Origin: an uncultured virus (IMG/VR IMGVR_UViG_2061766007_000322) | Taxonomy: Duplodnaviria; Heunggongvirae; Uroviricota; Caudoviricetes | Reading direction: 5' to 3' (one strand) | IMG/VR virus record: IMGVR_UViG_2061766007_000322 | Length of the DNA: 64,000 nucleotides | Shown here: one piece after another, positions 40,189 to 50,642 of the stretch | How positions within the stretch are numbered: position 1 is the first letter of the stretch | How the letters are laid out: each line of letters begins with the position of its first letter | Translations under genes and position numbers: made by a program | The notes under the pieces: generated by a model | The model's input: only the letters and a program-made list of their open reading frames with translations | What the model was told of the DNA's origin: nothing | Databases searched by the model: none

Positions 40189-42234
40189 ATGATGACAAAC
40201 AGTTTAAACGAAAGAATGATGACTGATGAAAAAGAGTTTTTTAAAAGCGAACCTCGTATAAATGTTATTTCCAAGGAAATGTATGAAGAGCGAGTTGCTA
40301 AAGTATTTAAACTTCTTTGGTCTGTTCTTTCTAAATCATTTGGTCCGTATGGAGCCCCGACACTTATTAATAATTATCCGTACTCTCATGTAACAAAAGA
40401 TGGGTTTACCATCATGAAAAACTTATCTATGGATGCCAGTGAGCAACTTGTTGATCAGGCTATTGCTAATATGGCATCTGATGTATGTGGCAGACTTAAT
40501 TACGCTGTAGGTGATGGAACAACGTCTGCTGTCATTGCTACATACAGTATTTACAATAATTATCTTAAATATAAAAAAGAACTTGATATGAATATGGTAA
40601 TGCCTCGTGATATAATATATTCAATCAAAAGTCTTAAAAATGATATTATTGTAGAGCTTGATAATTATAGAAAGAGTATTCGTTCTGAAGATCCCGATGA
40701 GCTTTATAATAATATATATAATGTAGTTTATATCTCGTCAAATGGTGATACTGAAATTAGTAACTATATTGCATCTCTTTATAAAGAACTTAAGTTTCCT
40801 GGAATTTCATGTGAACTTGCTACAGATGGTATCACAAAAAAGAGGCTTATTGATGGATTTAAACTTGATCTTGTTCTTAATGACAAGCTCTATATCAATA
40901 GTGATAATGATTCAATGATTGAGTCCTCTTGTGATATTGTAATTCTTAATGTAAGAGTTACAAAAGAAGTATATGAGAAAATTCTCAAACCTCTTAATGA
41001 ACAGTCAAGGGTTAGAGGAAGAAAACTTATTGTATGTGCAGCAACTTATGATGAGACTGCTCTTATGCAGACTATTCGTAGAGACCTCACGAATGAATAT
41101 CAGAAAAATAAAGATATCAATATGGTACTTACAACATATAAAGCAATTAGCGAACATCTTAGAACTAAGATTAACGATTTTGCAGTTCTTTGTAATACCA
41201 TTATTATTGATAGAAGTATCCGTGATGAAATTCTTGAAAAAATTGATTCTGGTAAGAATATTCTTGAAATATTTAATTTTGATAGTCGAGATGATATTCC
41301 TAACCTTATTTGTCTTGGTAAAGATAGAACCGGAGCGGTAAGATGTATAAATTCAGATTTTGCTTCAGGTGTAGTTGGAAAAATCTTTACGTTGGATGAT
41401 TCTGCTATTCGTATTGGATATGCGGGTAATGTGAACATTGGTATGAAAAATTCAACATTTTCAGATTTTTATTATAATAAGAATAATTATGATGCTATTC
41501 TTAAAGATGCTGAAATCACAATGAGAGATGTTGAAGAGAAGTATAAAAAACTTGGCACATTCAATCTTGTAGTAAATCAGGCTCAACAGAGATATTATGC
41601 CCTTAAACTTAAAATGGGTGTAATTGAGGTTGGTGGTGATAGTGAACTTTCACAAAAACTTTTTAAAGATTCTGTAGATGATGCTATTAAAGCCGCTGCT
41701 TCAGCATATGACCATGGAATTATTCTTGGATGTAATGTGTTTCTCATTAACTCCATTAGTAAAATACTTGATGCTGCAGAAAATTTATATAAAACTACAC
41801 CAAGTAAAAAACTCATGACGGAAATCATTGTATTGAAAATTTTAAGAGATGGTTTTATTGATGTATATAAGACCGTTCTTAGTAATGCATTTGATAATTC
41901 TGAATTGAGATTTATGAATAAAGATGATATTAAAGAAAGATTCCTCGAAATATTTCATGAAGATATTCTTCCTGAAAATTTTGATAATTATGCAGATGAT
42001 ATAATCACAAATGTTAAAAAACGTTGCAACTATGCGGTAATAACAGTGCATGATATGATAATCGAAATTTCATCTTTTATGAATCTTGTGTTTGATGTCA
42101 CTACAAAGCGTTTTACCAATAAGGTAATTAATTCAACTCAGACAGATGAAGAGATAGTTACTGCAACCATTGATTTGATCTCCATTCTTATGACTGGCAA
42201 TCAAATGGTTGTTACACAGAAGCATAATTTCTAA
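40189..42234 (+). CDS. groEL: Phage GroEL-like chaperonin (681 aa)
   Basis: FGPYG, TKDGFTI, GDGTTSA, IEVGG, DDAIKA motifs. Confidence 0.9.
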   Translation: MMTNSLNERMMTDEKEFFKSEPRINVISKEMYEERVAKVFKLLWSVLSKSFGPYGAPTLINNYPYSHVTKDGFTIMKNLSMDASEQLVDQAIANMASDVCGRLNYAVGDGTTSAVIATYSIYNNYLKYKKELDMNMVMPRDIIYSIKSLKNDIIVELDNYRKSIRSEDPDELYNNIYNVVYISSNGDTEISNYIASLYKELKFPGISCELATDGITKKRLIDGFKLDLVLNDKLYINSDNDSMIESSCDIVILNVRVTKEVYEKILKPLNEQSRVRGRKLIVCAATYDETALMQTIRRDLTNEYQKNKDINMVLTTYKAISEHLRTKINDFAVLCNTIIIDRSIRDEILEKIDSGKNILEIFNFDSRDDIPNLICLGKDRTGAVRCINSDFASGVVGKIFTLDDSAIRIGYAGNVNIGMKNSTFSDFYYNKNNYDAILKDAEITMRDVEEKYKKLGTFNLVVNQAQQRYYALKLKMGVIEVGGDSELSQKLFKDSVDDAIKAAASAYDHGIILGCNVFLINSISKILDAAENLYKTTPSKKLMTEIIVLKILRDGFIDVYKTVLSNAFDNSELRFMNKDDIKERFLEIFHEDILPENFDNYADDIITNVKKRCNYAVITVHDMIIEISSFMNLVFDVTTKRFTNKVINSTQTDEEIVTATIDLISILMTGNQMVVTQKHNF

Positions 42235-42252
42235 GAACTGAGGTGATGTTGT

Positions 42253-43077
42253 TTGGAACCAACCTATGAATTTCAAACACTATCAGAATTCTTGAGAGAG
42301 CCTTTTGGAAAATCATATGATATGTCTAAAATTCAAAAGTTTATTGCTGGGTATCGTGAAGATAAGTATAAAATAAAATTAAACGCTCATACCAAGATTG
42401 GTAATGCGTATTACTTTCACGTAAAAATCCCTTCAAAATCTCAAGAAGAAAAAAATATGATGTATGATGTTGTTATTAAATTTTTTACTAATAAGGAAAA
42501 CTGTGAAAAATCAAGTCATATTCGTGATTACTATATTCAGTTTTTCTCTAACAGTCCAAGTTTTATTTACAACTATGCAGTACTTTACAAAAAACATGGT
42601 TTTCTTATTGATAATTTATACAATAAACTTGACCCAAGATATTTTGATAAACTACCTGAAAAAACAAATAAAGATTTAGATTTATCTTATGATAAGTCTA
42701 TATATTATGCATGTCAGTATCTTTCAGAGCATAGATTTAAAGCCCTTAATAAATTAGGAATTGCTATGGGTAAAAGCCTTACGCCAGAAGTATTTTTTAA
42801 AGAGATTAAAGATTTCCAAACCGTAAAACTTGAACAGGAATTATTTAGTCTTGAGAAAAAGGAACTTAAAAAACTTGATAGAGAGCTTGACATACGACAC
42901 AAGATGCAAGTAGGTGATAAAAAGCGAGAGCTTGATATTCATAGGAAAAATCCTTCTATGTCAACAGCTGCACATAAACGCAAAATCATAATAGGTAAGC
43001 GTTCTGCAACTACATCTACATTATCAATTAAAAGGGTCACTAAAAAAACTGCAAAAAAATCTACAAGAAAATCATAG
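42253..43077 (+). CDS. Hypothetical phage protein with basic C-terminal tail
   Basis: GAGGTG RBS with TTG start; FFSNSPSFIYNYA segment. Confidence 0.7.
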   Translation: MEPTYEFQTLSEFLREPFGKSYDMSKIQKFIAGYREDKYKIKLNAHTKIGNAYYFHVKIPSKSQEEKNMMYDVVIKFFTNKENCEKSSHIRDYYIQFFSNSPSFIYNYAVLYKKHGFLIDNLYNKLDPRYFDKLPEKTNKDLDLSYDKSIYYACQYLSEHRFKALNKLGIAMGKSLTPEVFFKEIKDFQTVKLEQELFSLEKKELKKLDRELDIRHKMQVGDKKRELDIHRKNPSMSTAAHKRKIIIGKRSATTSTLSIKRVTKKTAKKSTRKS

Positions 43078-43186
43078 ATTTAAATAGGGATGATGGATTA
43101 AATTTCATTTATTTATACATCATCCTTCTGTATATAAAGTTCAAAATATCCGATATACAAAATAAGAAAGAAAGGACTTTTACAAA

Positions 43187-44983
43187 ATGAATAATTCAGT
43201 AGATAAGGGAAGTGTAAAATCTAAAATAAACATATGGAAACCCACATCTAAAAAACAAGTTTTTGTTGAACCTGATGGAAAAATTTTCATATGTTACTTT
43301 GACAGGATATTCCAGCAACCGGAATTGTCAAAATTTAATAGATTTTACATCAAAAAAAATTCGTATGAAAATCAGCTTGATATCATAACCAAGTATATAA
43401 ATTTCTTTATCAATAACTATGATAAAGATAATGAACTGGTTAGTGCATATCTGAAGACAAAATTTGAAGTCGATGACCAAAAGACTTTCAATGAAGAAAA
43501 CATGGATAGCTATATAAGCTTTCTGTATGAAGTTATATTCACAGACACAATCATTGAGAAAATTAATCAACTTGTTGATGATAATTATCTCGATGACATT
43601 GAGGTGAATAACGAAGAGAAAAGAAAAAAGTACCAGAAAAATGAAAAGAAACATCTTGAGTCGCTTGAATTTACAAATCAGCACATCAAAATTCTTCTTC
43701 GTATATCATTCGCTATTAAAATTCTCTGCCCATGCCTTTTTCACTATCACGCTATAAATGGTATGAAGATTGAGAAGGATAGTGATAATATTTTCAGATT
43801 CTATAGACCTCTGTTTGATATTTTCGGTAAAGTAAGAAAAACTACAGATTTAGCCTATGTAGATGAAGAAAATCAATTTGTATATATCTATAATGATACA
43901 ACGAACTACTATGACAAATATGATGAAAACGGTAATTTCATTGTTGCAAACTTTAGTAATACAACAATAGAAAATGATCCTTCACTTATTATCAGTCATG
44001 CCCAAAGAACATATTTTGCTGAATATAATCTCTACAATAAGCTGTACGTATATGTAAAGGCAAAAGTAAATGAGTCATATGCAAACAACAGCCCGATATT
44101 CAATCAGCAAGAAATCTTTGGTATAGATCTGTATTCAGTTATACAGAGTTTTGTTCGTAGGGTTATTATTTCCGAAAACATTGTTAAATATAAATTTAAT
44201 AATGTTTGGGATCCAAAGCTCAAGAAGTACAAAGAAAATATTATAGGTTTTAATAAAACTATTATCAAATATCAGCTTATGTATTTCCTCAAAGAGCAGT
44301 ATAGTAAAAACCTTACAGAAGTAACAAATGTTAAAAACTCGGATGGTTTAAGTGGTCTTGACAAGCTTCTCATGAACTTATCTAAAGTTGATGAAGGTAT
44401 AACCACAATGGCTGATATCAATATACCACTTACCATAGAGTATATTAAAAAGCGTTTTGAAATCAAAATTACAGATGATGAAATCGACTACTACCTTGAT
44501 AATCATAAACCTGATGATATTCAGATATTGTTGGTAAAAAGCTACTTTGCTAAATACTTCGGAAGTTACAGAGACCTTAATCTTCTCAGAAGAAGAGATT
44601 ATATAACTCTTGTTGTTTTATTGCAGAAAAAACTTATGAGAGATTTAGGATATGAAGATGACTCCGATGGTGAAATCAGACCTGTAGCATTGCCGTATAT
44701 TATCAGTGGAAACTCAAAGGATAGAGTCAACACAAGAATTATCCGTAACATTCAGTTCACGCAAAAGGTTGAAGATAGTTACACGTTTCAGCATTTACAG
44801 GATAGTAATCATAAATATCTCAACTTTATTAAACCCGATTTTGATATCGGACTTCTATCTACTCTGATAAATACAAAATATACTTTTGTTTATTACAACA
44901 ATAAGGATTTATTAGGGCAAGAGATTAATTATTCGGACGACAAAATTGCAGACGAGGTTTTATTCTTCTTAACCTCTATCTAA
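43187..44983 (+). CDS. Probable promoter-specificity (sigma-like) subunit of the non-virion RNAP, AR9 gp226/phiKZ gp68-like
   Basis: Large helical protein two genes downstream of the chaperonin, mirroring AR9 gp228 (chaperonin) and gp226; rests mainly on synteny and size. Confidence 0.55.
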   Translation: MNNSVDKGSVKSKINIWKPTSKKQVFVEPDGKIFICYFDRIFQQPELSKFNRFYIKKNSYENQLDIITKYINFFINNYDKDNELVSAYLKTKFEVDDQKTFNEENMDSYISFLYEVIFTDTIIEKINQLVDDNYLDDIEVNNEEKRKKYQKNEKKHLESLEFTNQHIKILLRISFAIKILCPCLFHYHAINGMKIEKDSDNIFRFYRPLFDIFGKVRKTTDLAYVDEENQFVYIYNDTTNYYDKYDENGNFIVANFSNTTIENDPSLIISHAQRTYFAEYNLYNKLYVYVKAKVNESYANNSPIFNQQEIFGIDLYSVIQSFVRRVIISENIVKYKFNNVWDPKLKKYKENIIGFNKTIIKYQLMYFLKEQYSKNLTEVTNVKNSDGLSGLDKLLMNLSKVDEGITTMADINIPLTIEYIKKRFEIKITDDEIDYYLDNHKPDDIQILLVKSYFAKYFGSYRDLNLLRRRDYITLVVLLQKKLMRDLGYEDDSDGEIRPVALPYIISGNSKDRVNTRIIRNIQFTQKVEDSYTFQHLQDSNHKYLNFIKPDFDIGLLSTLINTKYTFVYYNNKDLLGQEINYSDDKIADEVLFFLTSI

Positions 44984-45060
44984 TTAATATATAAACCTGA
45001 GGGGTGCATATTACTAATATTACCCCTCCGATTTTTTTTCAAAAGAAAGGACTGTGTTTT

Positions 45061-45924
45061 ATGTTAAATTCTGAGGAAATATATGTTGTTAGTGGTGGTA
45101 CAAGTAGTCTTGACTTAGATGTTAATGCTGCTAAGAGTATTGCAATCATTAATAAAGAGAATCATAATAATAATAAAACAACATATTCATTATCATTTAT
45201 AGTATTTGCTAAAACGGATAAAGAAGCATTGAATGCTGTTAGACTTATTTTAAACTCAGATTTAAATAAAAGCAAAGGTAAATTTGAGCATGTTAGTTTT
45301 ATTCCTTATAGAATTACTAATTGTACAAATAAATCTATTGTGGATGAATTAGTATATAATCAAAATCATAATAAAACAAAATCTGATAATATTATTAGTA
45401 AACTTATGTCAAAACAACTTCCGGTTGTTTATAAAGATATTACTACAGGTTGTTATAATATATTCTATAAATACATATCACAGCTTAACAGATATAAATC
45501 GATCAAGTCTGTAAAAATATTTACTATTAATCAATGTGATACGTATAGTCATCCTGTAAATAATATAAGTATAGACGAATCTGATATTTCAAGAATGAAT
45601 TATTATTTTCCATTCAAGCACAGTGCTTTTCCTGAAATTGATGAGATTATTGATACTTATAAATTTGGAGAGTTTCAATTTGATGATTTCTTTAAAGAAG
45701 AAATTCATGACGACTTTTCAACTTCAACTCATTATATTTTTATTATCAATTCTGAATGTTCATTTGATTATTTACAGGAATTCACAGACTTTCTCAGTTC
45801 ATATTGTAAGATTAATCATTTATCTATTGATGCATTTGATGTTCTTATTAAAACGATTAATGGTGAATATATCTGCTGTATGGGTATGATGCGAAATGTA
45901 AAAAACAATTGTAAGATAATGTGA
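45061..45924 (+). CDS. Hypothetical protein
   Basis: GAAAGGA RBS supports ATG 45061. Confidence 0.65.
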   Translation: MLNSEEIYVVSGGTSSLDLDVNAAKSIAIINKENHNNNKTTYSLSFIVFAKTDKEALNAVRLILNSDLNKSKGKFEHVSFIPYRITNCTNKSIVDELVYNQNHNKTKSDNIISKLMSKQLPVVYKDITTGCYNIFYKYISQLNRYKSIKSVKIFTINQCDTYSHPVNNISIDESDISRMNYYFPFKHSAFPEIDEIIDTYKFGEFQFDDFFKEEIHDDFSTSTHYIFIINSECSFDYLQEFTDFLSSYCKINHLSIDAFDVLIKTINGEYICCMGMMRNVKNNCKIM

Positions 45925-45985
45925 TTTAAATGGGATGGTTGTATTGTATTACCATCCCATTTTAAATTAGAAAGTGTGTATTAAT

Positions 45986-46303
45986 ATGACTGACAATAGA
46001 ATTCTTTCCTTACTTCATTTAATTATAAATGATTACCGCAAAGACAATAGAGACAGAAAAATCAGGATTATTCTGACTGATAATGATTATACAATAACAT
46101 ACGTTATTCATTACTCTGAAAAGAATAGAAAGTTCTTTGATAAATTCAATGAATTATATGCTGAAGAACTTGCATTAGGCCATGTAAAAGAATATGATAA
46201 AGATGCCCAATCAAAATACATTACTATTGAAAATGTTACAATGAGTCTTAATAGTCAGGATAATTACTTGATATATCATATAGACAATAATTGTGCTGAT
46301 TAA
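45986..46303 (+). CDS. Hypothetical protein (105 aa)
   Basis: ORF; a decayed copy of its 3' end is at about 48893-48936. Confidence 0.6.
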   Translation: MTDNRILSLLHLIINDYRKDNRDRKIRIILTDNDYTITYVIHYSEKNRKFFDKFNELYAEELALGHVKEYDKDAQSKYITIENVTMSLNSQDNYLIYHIDNNCAD

Positions 46304-46354
46304 ATAAATACTGATATACGTACAATATACATATCAGCATTTTCTAAATTTATA

Positions 46355-46364
46355 TATATATTAT
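46355..46364 (+). promoter_or_regulatory. Early-type promoter motif upstream of the LRR array
   Basis: TATATATTAT plus T run. Confidence 0.65.
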
Positions 46365-46445
46365 ATTTTTGAACGTTAATAAATTGATATGTATTGGGAG
46401 GATACATATTTGATGTTCTAATCAAAACGAAAGGAAGTATTTATT

Positions 46446-47834
46446 ATGGAAGAAAATATTTTTACCGTACCTGATGGTACAACTATAATCACAAATGATA
46501 TGATACCAGATGATACTACTATTGTAATAATTCCCGAAGGAGTTACAGAGATCGGTGAGGATGCGTTTTGTGGTTATGACTCACTTAAATCCGTAGTGAT
46601 TCCTAAAGGAGTTACAAAGATCGGCAATGGTGCATTTTATGGTTGCGAATCGCTTAAATCTGTAGTAATTCCTGAAGGGGTTACAGAGATCGGTAATTGT
46701 GTGTTTTGGGGTTGCGATTCACTTAAATCTGTAGTAATTCCTAAAGGAGTTACAAAGATAGGTGAAAAGGTATTTTGTGATTGCAACTCACTTGAATCTA
46801 TAGAGATTCCTGAAGGGGTCACAGAGATCTGCAAAGGTGCGTTTTGGGCTTGCGACTCACTTAAATCTATAGTTATTCCTAAAGGAGTTACAAAGATTTG
46901 TGAGAGAGTATTTTGTTATTGCAAATCACTCGAATCTGTAGTGATTCCTGAAGGGGTCACAAAGATCGGTGTGGGTGCGTTTTGGGCTTGTGACTCGCTT
47001 AAATCTGTAGTGATTCCTAAAGGAGTTACAGAGATTGGCAATTGTGCGTTTTGTGGTTGCGACTCACTTGAATCTATAGAGCTTCCTGAAGGGGTTACAG
47101 AGATCGGTGATGGTGTATTTCGGGATTGTAAATCACTTAAATCTATAGTAATTCCTGAAGGGGTTACAGAGATTGGCGAGAGAGTATTTTGTGGTTGCGA
47201 CTTACTTAAATCTGTAATGATTCCTAAAGGAATTACAAAGATTGGTAAAGATGCGTTTTGCTGTTGCCAATTACTCGAATCTATAGAGCTTCCTGAAGGG
47301 GTTACAGAGATCGGTGAAGCTGCGTTTTGGGGTTGCGTATTGCTTAAATCTGTAGTGATTCCTGAAGGGGTCACAACGATCTGTAATAAGGTATTTTATG
47401 GTTGCGACTCACTCGAATCTGTAGTGATTCCTAAAGGAGTTACAGAGATTGGTGATGGTGTGTTTCAGGGTTGCGACTCACTTAAATCTGTAATGATTCC
47501 TGAAGGGGTTACAAAGATCGGTGTGGGTGTATTTTGTTATTGCAACTCACTCGAATCTGTAGTGATTCCTGAAGGGGTTACAGAGATCGGTGAAGCTGCG
47601 TTTTGGGGTTGCAACTCACTTAAATCTATAGTAATTCCTGAAAGTGTTACAAAGATCGGTGAGAAGGTATTTTGTTATTGCAACTCACTCGAATCTATAG
47701 TAATTCCTGAAAGTGTTACAGAGATCGGTTATAGGGCGTTTTTGGGTTGCGACTCACTTAAATATATAGATATTCCCAAAGGAGTTACAAAGATCGGTGA
47801 TGATGTATTTCTGGGTTGTGACTCGCTTAATTAG
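46446..47834 (+). CDS. BspA-family (LRR_5) leucine-rich repeat protein 1, cap plus about 18 repeats
   Basis: 23-aa SLKSVVIPEGVTEIGxxAFxxCx repeats; no signal peptide or anchor. Confidence 0.93.
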   Translation: MEENIFTVPDGTTIITNDMIPDDTTIVIIPEGVTEIGEDAFCGYDSLKSVVIPKGVTKIGNGAFYGCESLKSVVIPEGVTEIGNCVFWGCDSLKSVVIPKGVTKIGEKVFCDCNSLESIEIPEGVTEICKGAFWACDSLKSIVIPKGVTKICERVFCYCKSLESVVIPEGVTKIGVGAFWACDSLKSVVIPKGVTEIGNCAFCGCDSLESIELPEGVTEIGDGVFRDCKSLKSIVIPEGVTEIGERVFCGCDLLKSVMIPKGITKIGKDAFCCCQLLESIELPEGVTEIGEAAFWGCVLLKSVVIPEGVTTICNKVFYGCDSLESVVIPKGVTEIGDGVFQGCDSLKSVMIPEGVTKIGVGVFCYCNSLESVVIPEGVTEIGEAAFWGCNSLKSIVIPESVTKIGEKVFCYCNSLESIVIPESVTEIGYRAFLGCDSLKYIDIPKGVTKIGDDVFLGCDSLN

Positions 47835-47876
47835 ATAACAAATTTCTGAATGGACAATGATTCATAAATAAAAAAA

Positions 47877-47905
47877 GAGGCTGTACTATTGCCAAGTATA
47901 GCCTC
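47877..47905 (+). terminator. TATTGCCAA-loop hairpin without T tail
   Basis: GAGGCTGTAC-TATTGCCAA-GTATAGCCTC. Confidence 0.6.
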
Positions 47906-47933
47906 TCATTAATACAGAAAGGACGTATTTATT

Positions 47934-48770
47934 ATGAAAGAAAAAATTTTTATTGTACCTGATGGTACAACTATAATCACAAATGGTATGATACCAGACG
48001 ATACCACTATTGTAATAATTCCCGAAGGAGTTACGGAAATCGGTGAAGATGCGTTTTGTGGTTACGGCTCACTCAAATCTATAGTAATTCCTGAAGGGGT
48101 TACAAAGATCGGTGCGGGTGCGTTTTGGAGTTGCGGCTCGCTTAAATCTGTAGTGATTCCTGAAGGGGTTACGGAGATCGGTGAGAAGGCATTTTGTTAT
48201 TGCAAATCACTTAAATCTGTAGTGATTCCTGAAGGAGTTACAGAGATCACTGAGAAGGTATTTTGTGGTTGCGACTCACTTGAGTCTGTAGTAATTCCCA
48301 AAGGTGTTACAAAGATCGGTGAGGGAGCATTTAGCGGTTGTACGTCACTCAAATTTATAGAGATTCCTGAATGGGTTACGGAGATCGGTGATGATGCGTT
48401 TTGGGGTTGTGACTCTCTTAAATCTGTAGTGATTCCCGAAGGAGTTACAAAGATAGGTATGGGTGCGTTTTGGGGTTGCACGTCACTCAAATCTATAGAG
48501 ATTCCTGAAGGGGTTACAGAGATCGGTGAGGATGCGTTTTGGGGTTGCACGTCACTCAAATCTATAGAGATTCATGAAGGGGTTACCGAGATAAGTGAGA
48601 GAGTATTTTGTGATTGCAAATCACTCGAGTCTATCGTAATTCCCAAAGGAGTTACAAAAATCGGCGATGGTGCATTTAAAGGCTGTAAATCACTCAAATC
48701 TATAGTAATTCCTGAAGGGGTTACGGAGATCGGTAATGATGTATTTCTGGGTTGCGACTCTCTCAATTAA
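47934..48770 (+). CDS. BspA-family LRR protein 2, cap plus about 10 repeats
   Basis: Same cap and repeat consensus. Confidence 0.93.
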   Translation: MKEKIFIVPDGTTIITNGMIPDDTTIVIIPEGVTEIGEDAFCGYGSLKSIVIPEGVTKIGAGAFWSCGSLKSVVIPEGVTEIGEKAFCYCKSLKSVVIPEGVTEITEKVFCGCDSLESVVIPKGVTKIGEGAFSGCTSLKFIEIPEWVTEIGDDAFWGCDSLKSVVIPEGVTKIGMGAFWGCTSLKSIEIPEGVTEIGEDAFWGCTSLKSIEIHEGVTEISERVFCDCKSLESIVIPKGVTKIGDGAFKGCKSLKSIVIPEGVTEIGNDVFLGCDSLN

Positions 48771-48812
48771 ATATAAAATTTCTAAATTGACAATGATTCA
48801 TAAATAAAAAAT

Positions 48813-48850
48813 GAGGTTGTACTATTGCCAAGTACAACCTCTTTTTTATT
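48813..48850 (+). terminator. TATTGCCAA-loop terminator
   Basis: GAGGTTGTAC-TATTGCCAA-GTACAACCTC plus T run. Confidence 0.75.
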
Positions 48851-48996
48851 TTTATTTCGTAGATTACACATTTATAATCCAATACGTTCTATCGAAAATA
48901 TTACAATGAGTTTTAATAGTCATTGTGCTGATTAAATAGAAATGTATTGAGCAATATATATTTGATGTTCTAATCAAAATGAAAGGAAGTAATATT

Positions 48997-50563
48997 GTGG
49001 AAGAAAAAATTTTTAATATACAATCAGGTACAACTATAATCACAAAAGGTATGGTACCAGACGATACTACTATTGTAATAATTCCTGAAGGGGTTGCGGA
49101 GATCTGTGAAGATGCGTTTTGGGGTTGCGACTCGCTTAAATCTGTAGTAATTCCCAAAGGGGTTACAAAGATCAGCGATGGNNNNNNNNNNAGAAATCGG
49201 TAGGAAGGTATTTTGTGGTTGCGATTCACTCGAGTCTATCGTAATTCCCAAAGGAGTTACAAAGATCGGTGTGGGGGCATTTAGCGGTTGTACGTCACTC
49301 AAATCTATAGAGATTCCTGAAGGGGTTACAGAGATATGTATGGGTGCGTTTTGTGATTGCAAATCACTCGAATCTATAGAGATTCCTAAAGGAGTTACAG
49401 AGATCGGTGAGGATGCGTTTCGGGAGTGTACATCGCTTAAATCTGTAGTAATTCCCAAAGGGGTTACAAAGATCAGCGATGGTGCATTTTATGGTTGCGA
49501 CTCGCTTAAATCTGTAATGATTCCTGAAGGGGTTACGGAGATCGGCGAGAGGGTATTTTGTGATTGCAAATCACTCGAGTCTATAGTAATTCCCAAAGGA
49601 GTTACAAAGATATGTGACGGTGCATTTAAAGGATGTAAATCACTCAAATCTATAGTAATTCCTGAAGAGGTTACGGAGATCGGTGAGGGTGCATTTTACG
49701 ATTGTGACTCACTTAAATCTATAGTGATTCCCGAAGGAGTTACAAAGATCTGTAAGGAAGCGTTTTGGCATTGTAAATCGCTTAAATCTGTAGTGATTCC
49801 TGAAGGGGTTACGGAGATCGGTGAGGATGCGTTTTGGCATTGCACATCGCTTAAATCTGTAGTGATTCCTGAAGGGGTTACAGAGATCGGCGAGCGTGCG
49901 TTTTGGCATTGCACATCGCTTAAATCTGTAGTGATTTCTGAAGGAGTTACAGAGATCGGTGAGTATGCGTTTTCCTGTTGTACGTCGCTTAAATCTATAG
50001 AGATTCCCGAAGGAGTTACAAAGATTGGTGTGGGTGTGTTTTGGCATTGCACATCGCTTAAATCTATAGAGATTCCCGAAGGGGTTACAGAGATCGGTGA
50101 GCGTGCGTTTTGTGGTTGTGTGTCGCTTAAATCTATAGAGATTCCTGAAGGGGTTACAAAGATCGGTGAGCGTGCGTTTCAAGAGTGTATGTCACTTGAA
50201 TCTGTAGTGATTCCTGAAGGGGTTACAGAGATCGGTAAATATGCGTTTTGCTGTTGTAAGTCGCTTAAATCTATAGAGATTTCCGAAGGGGTTACAGAGA
50301 TCAGTGCGTATGTGTTTTTCTGTTGTACGTCGCTTAAATCTATAGTAATTCCTGAAGGAGTTACAAAGATTGGTGTGGGTGTGTTTTGGGGTTGTACGTC
50401 GCTTGAATCTGTAGTACTTCCTGAAGGGGTTACAGAGATTGGTGAGGGAGCGTTTCGAGAGTGTACGTCGCTTAAATCTGTAATGATTCCTGAAGTAGTG
50501 ATTCCAGAAGGGGTTACAAAGATATGTGAGGATGTGTTTCTGGGTTGCGACTCACACAATTAG
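48997..50563 (+). CDS. BspA-family LRR protein 3, about 20 or more repeats (N gap near 49182-49191)
   Basis: GTG start after AAAGGA; same cap; frame break coincides with the N gap. Confidence 0.85.
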
Positions 50564-50604
50564 ATATCAAATTTCTGAATTGACAACTATTTATAAATAA
50601 AAAT

Positions 50605-50642
50605 GAGGCTGTACTTGGCAATAGTACAGCCTCATTTTTTTA
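50605..50642 (+). terminator. Same hairpin family with inverted loop
   Basis: GAGGCTGTAC-TTGGCAATA-GTACAGCCTC plus T run. Confidence 0.75.

Larger units (their letters stand above)
46446..50563 (+). repeat. Array of about 50 degenerate 69-bp coding repeats
   Basis: Recurrent ATTCCTGAAGGGGTTACAGAGATCGGT and CTTAAATCTGTAGT at 69-bp spacing. Confidence 0.95.

Noticed and set aside
46637..50559. Minus-strand ORFs over the LRR genes
   Set aside because: Antisense shadows of the repetitive coding strand, without RBS or promoter support
46446..50563. 69-bp repeats as a CRISPR array
   Set aside because: The repeats are in-frame coding LRR modules with no unique spacers and no cas genes
46446..50563. 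Diversity-generating retroelement acting on the LRR genes
   Set aside because: No reverse transcriptase or non-coding template repeat in the window, and variation is not visibly restricted to adenines; a distant RT cannot be excluded
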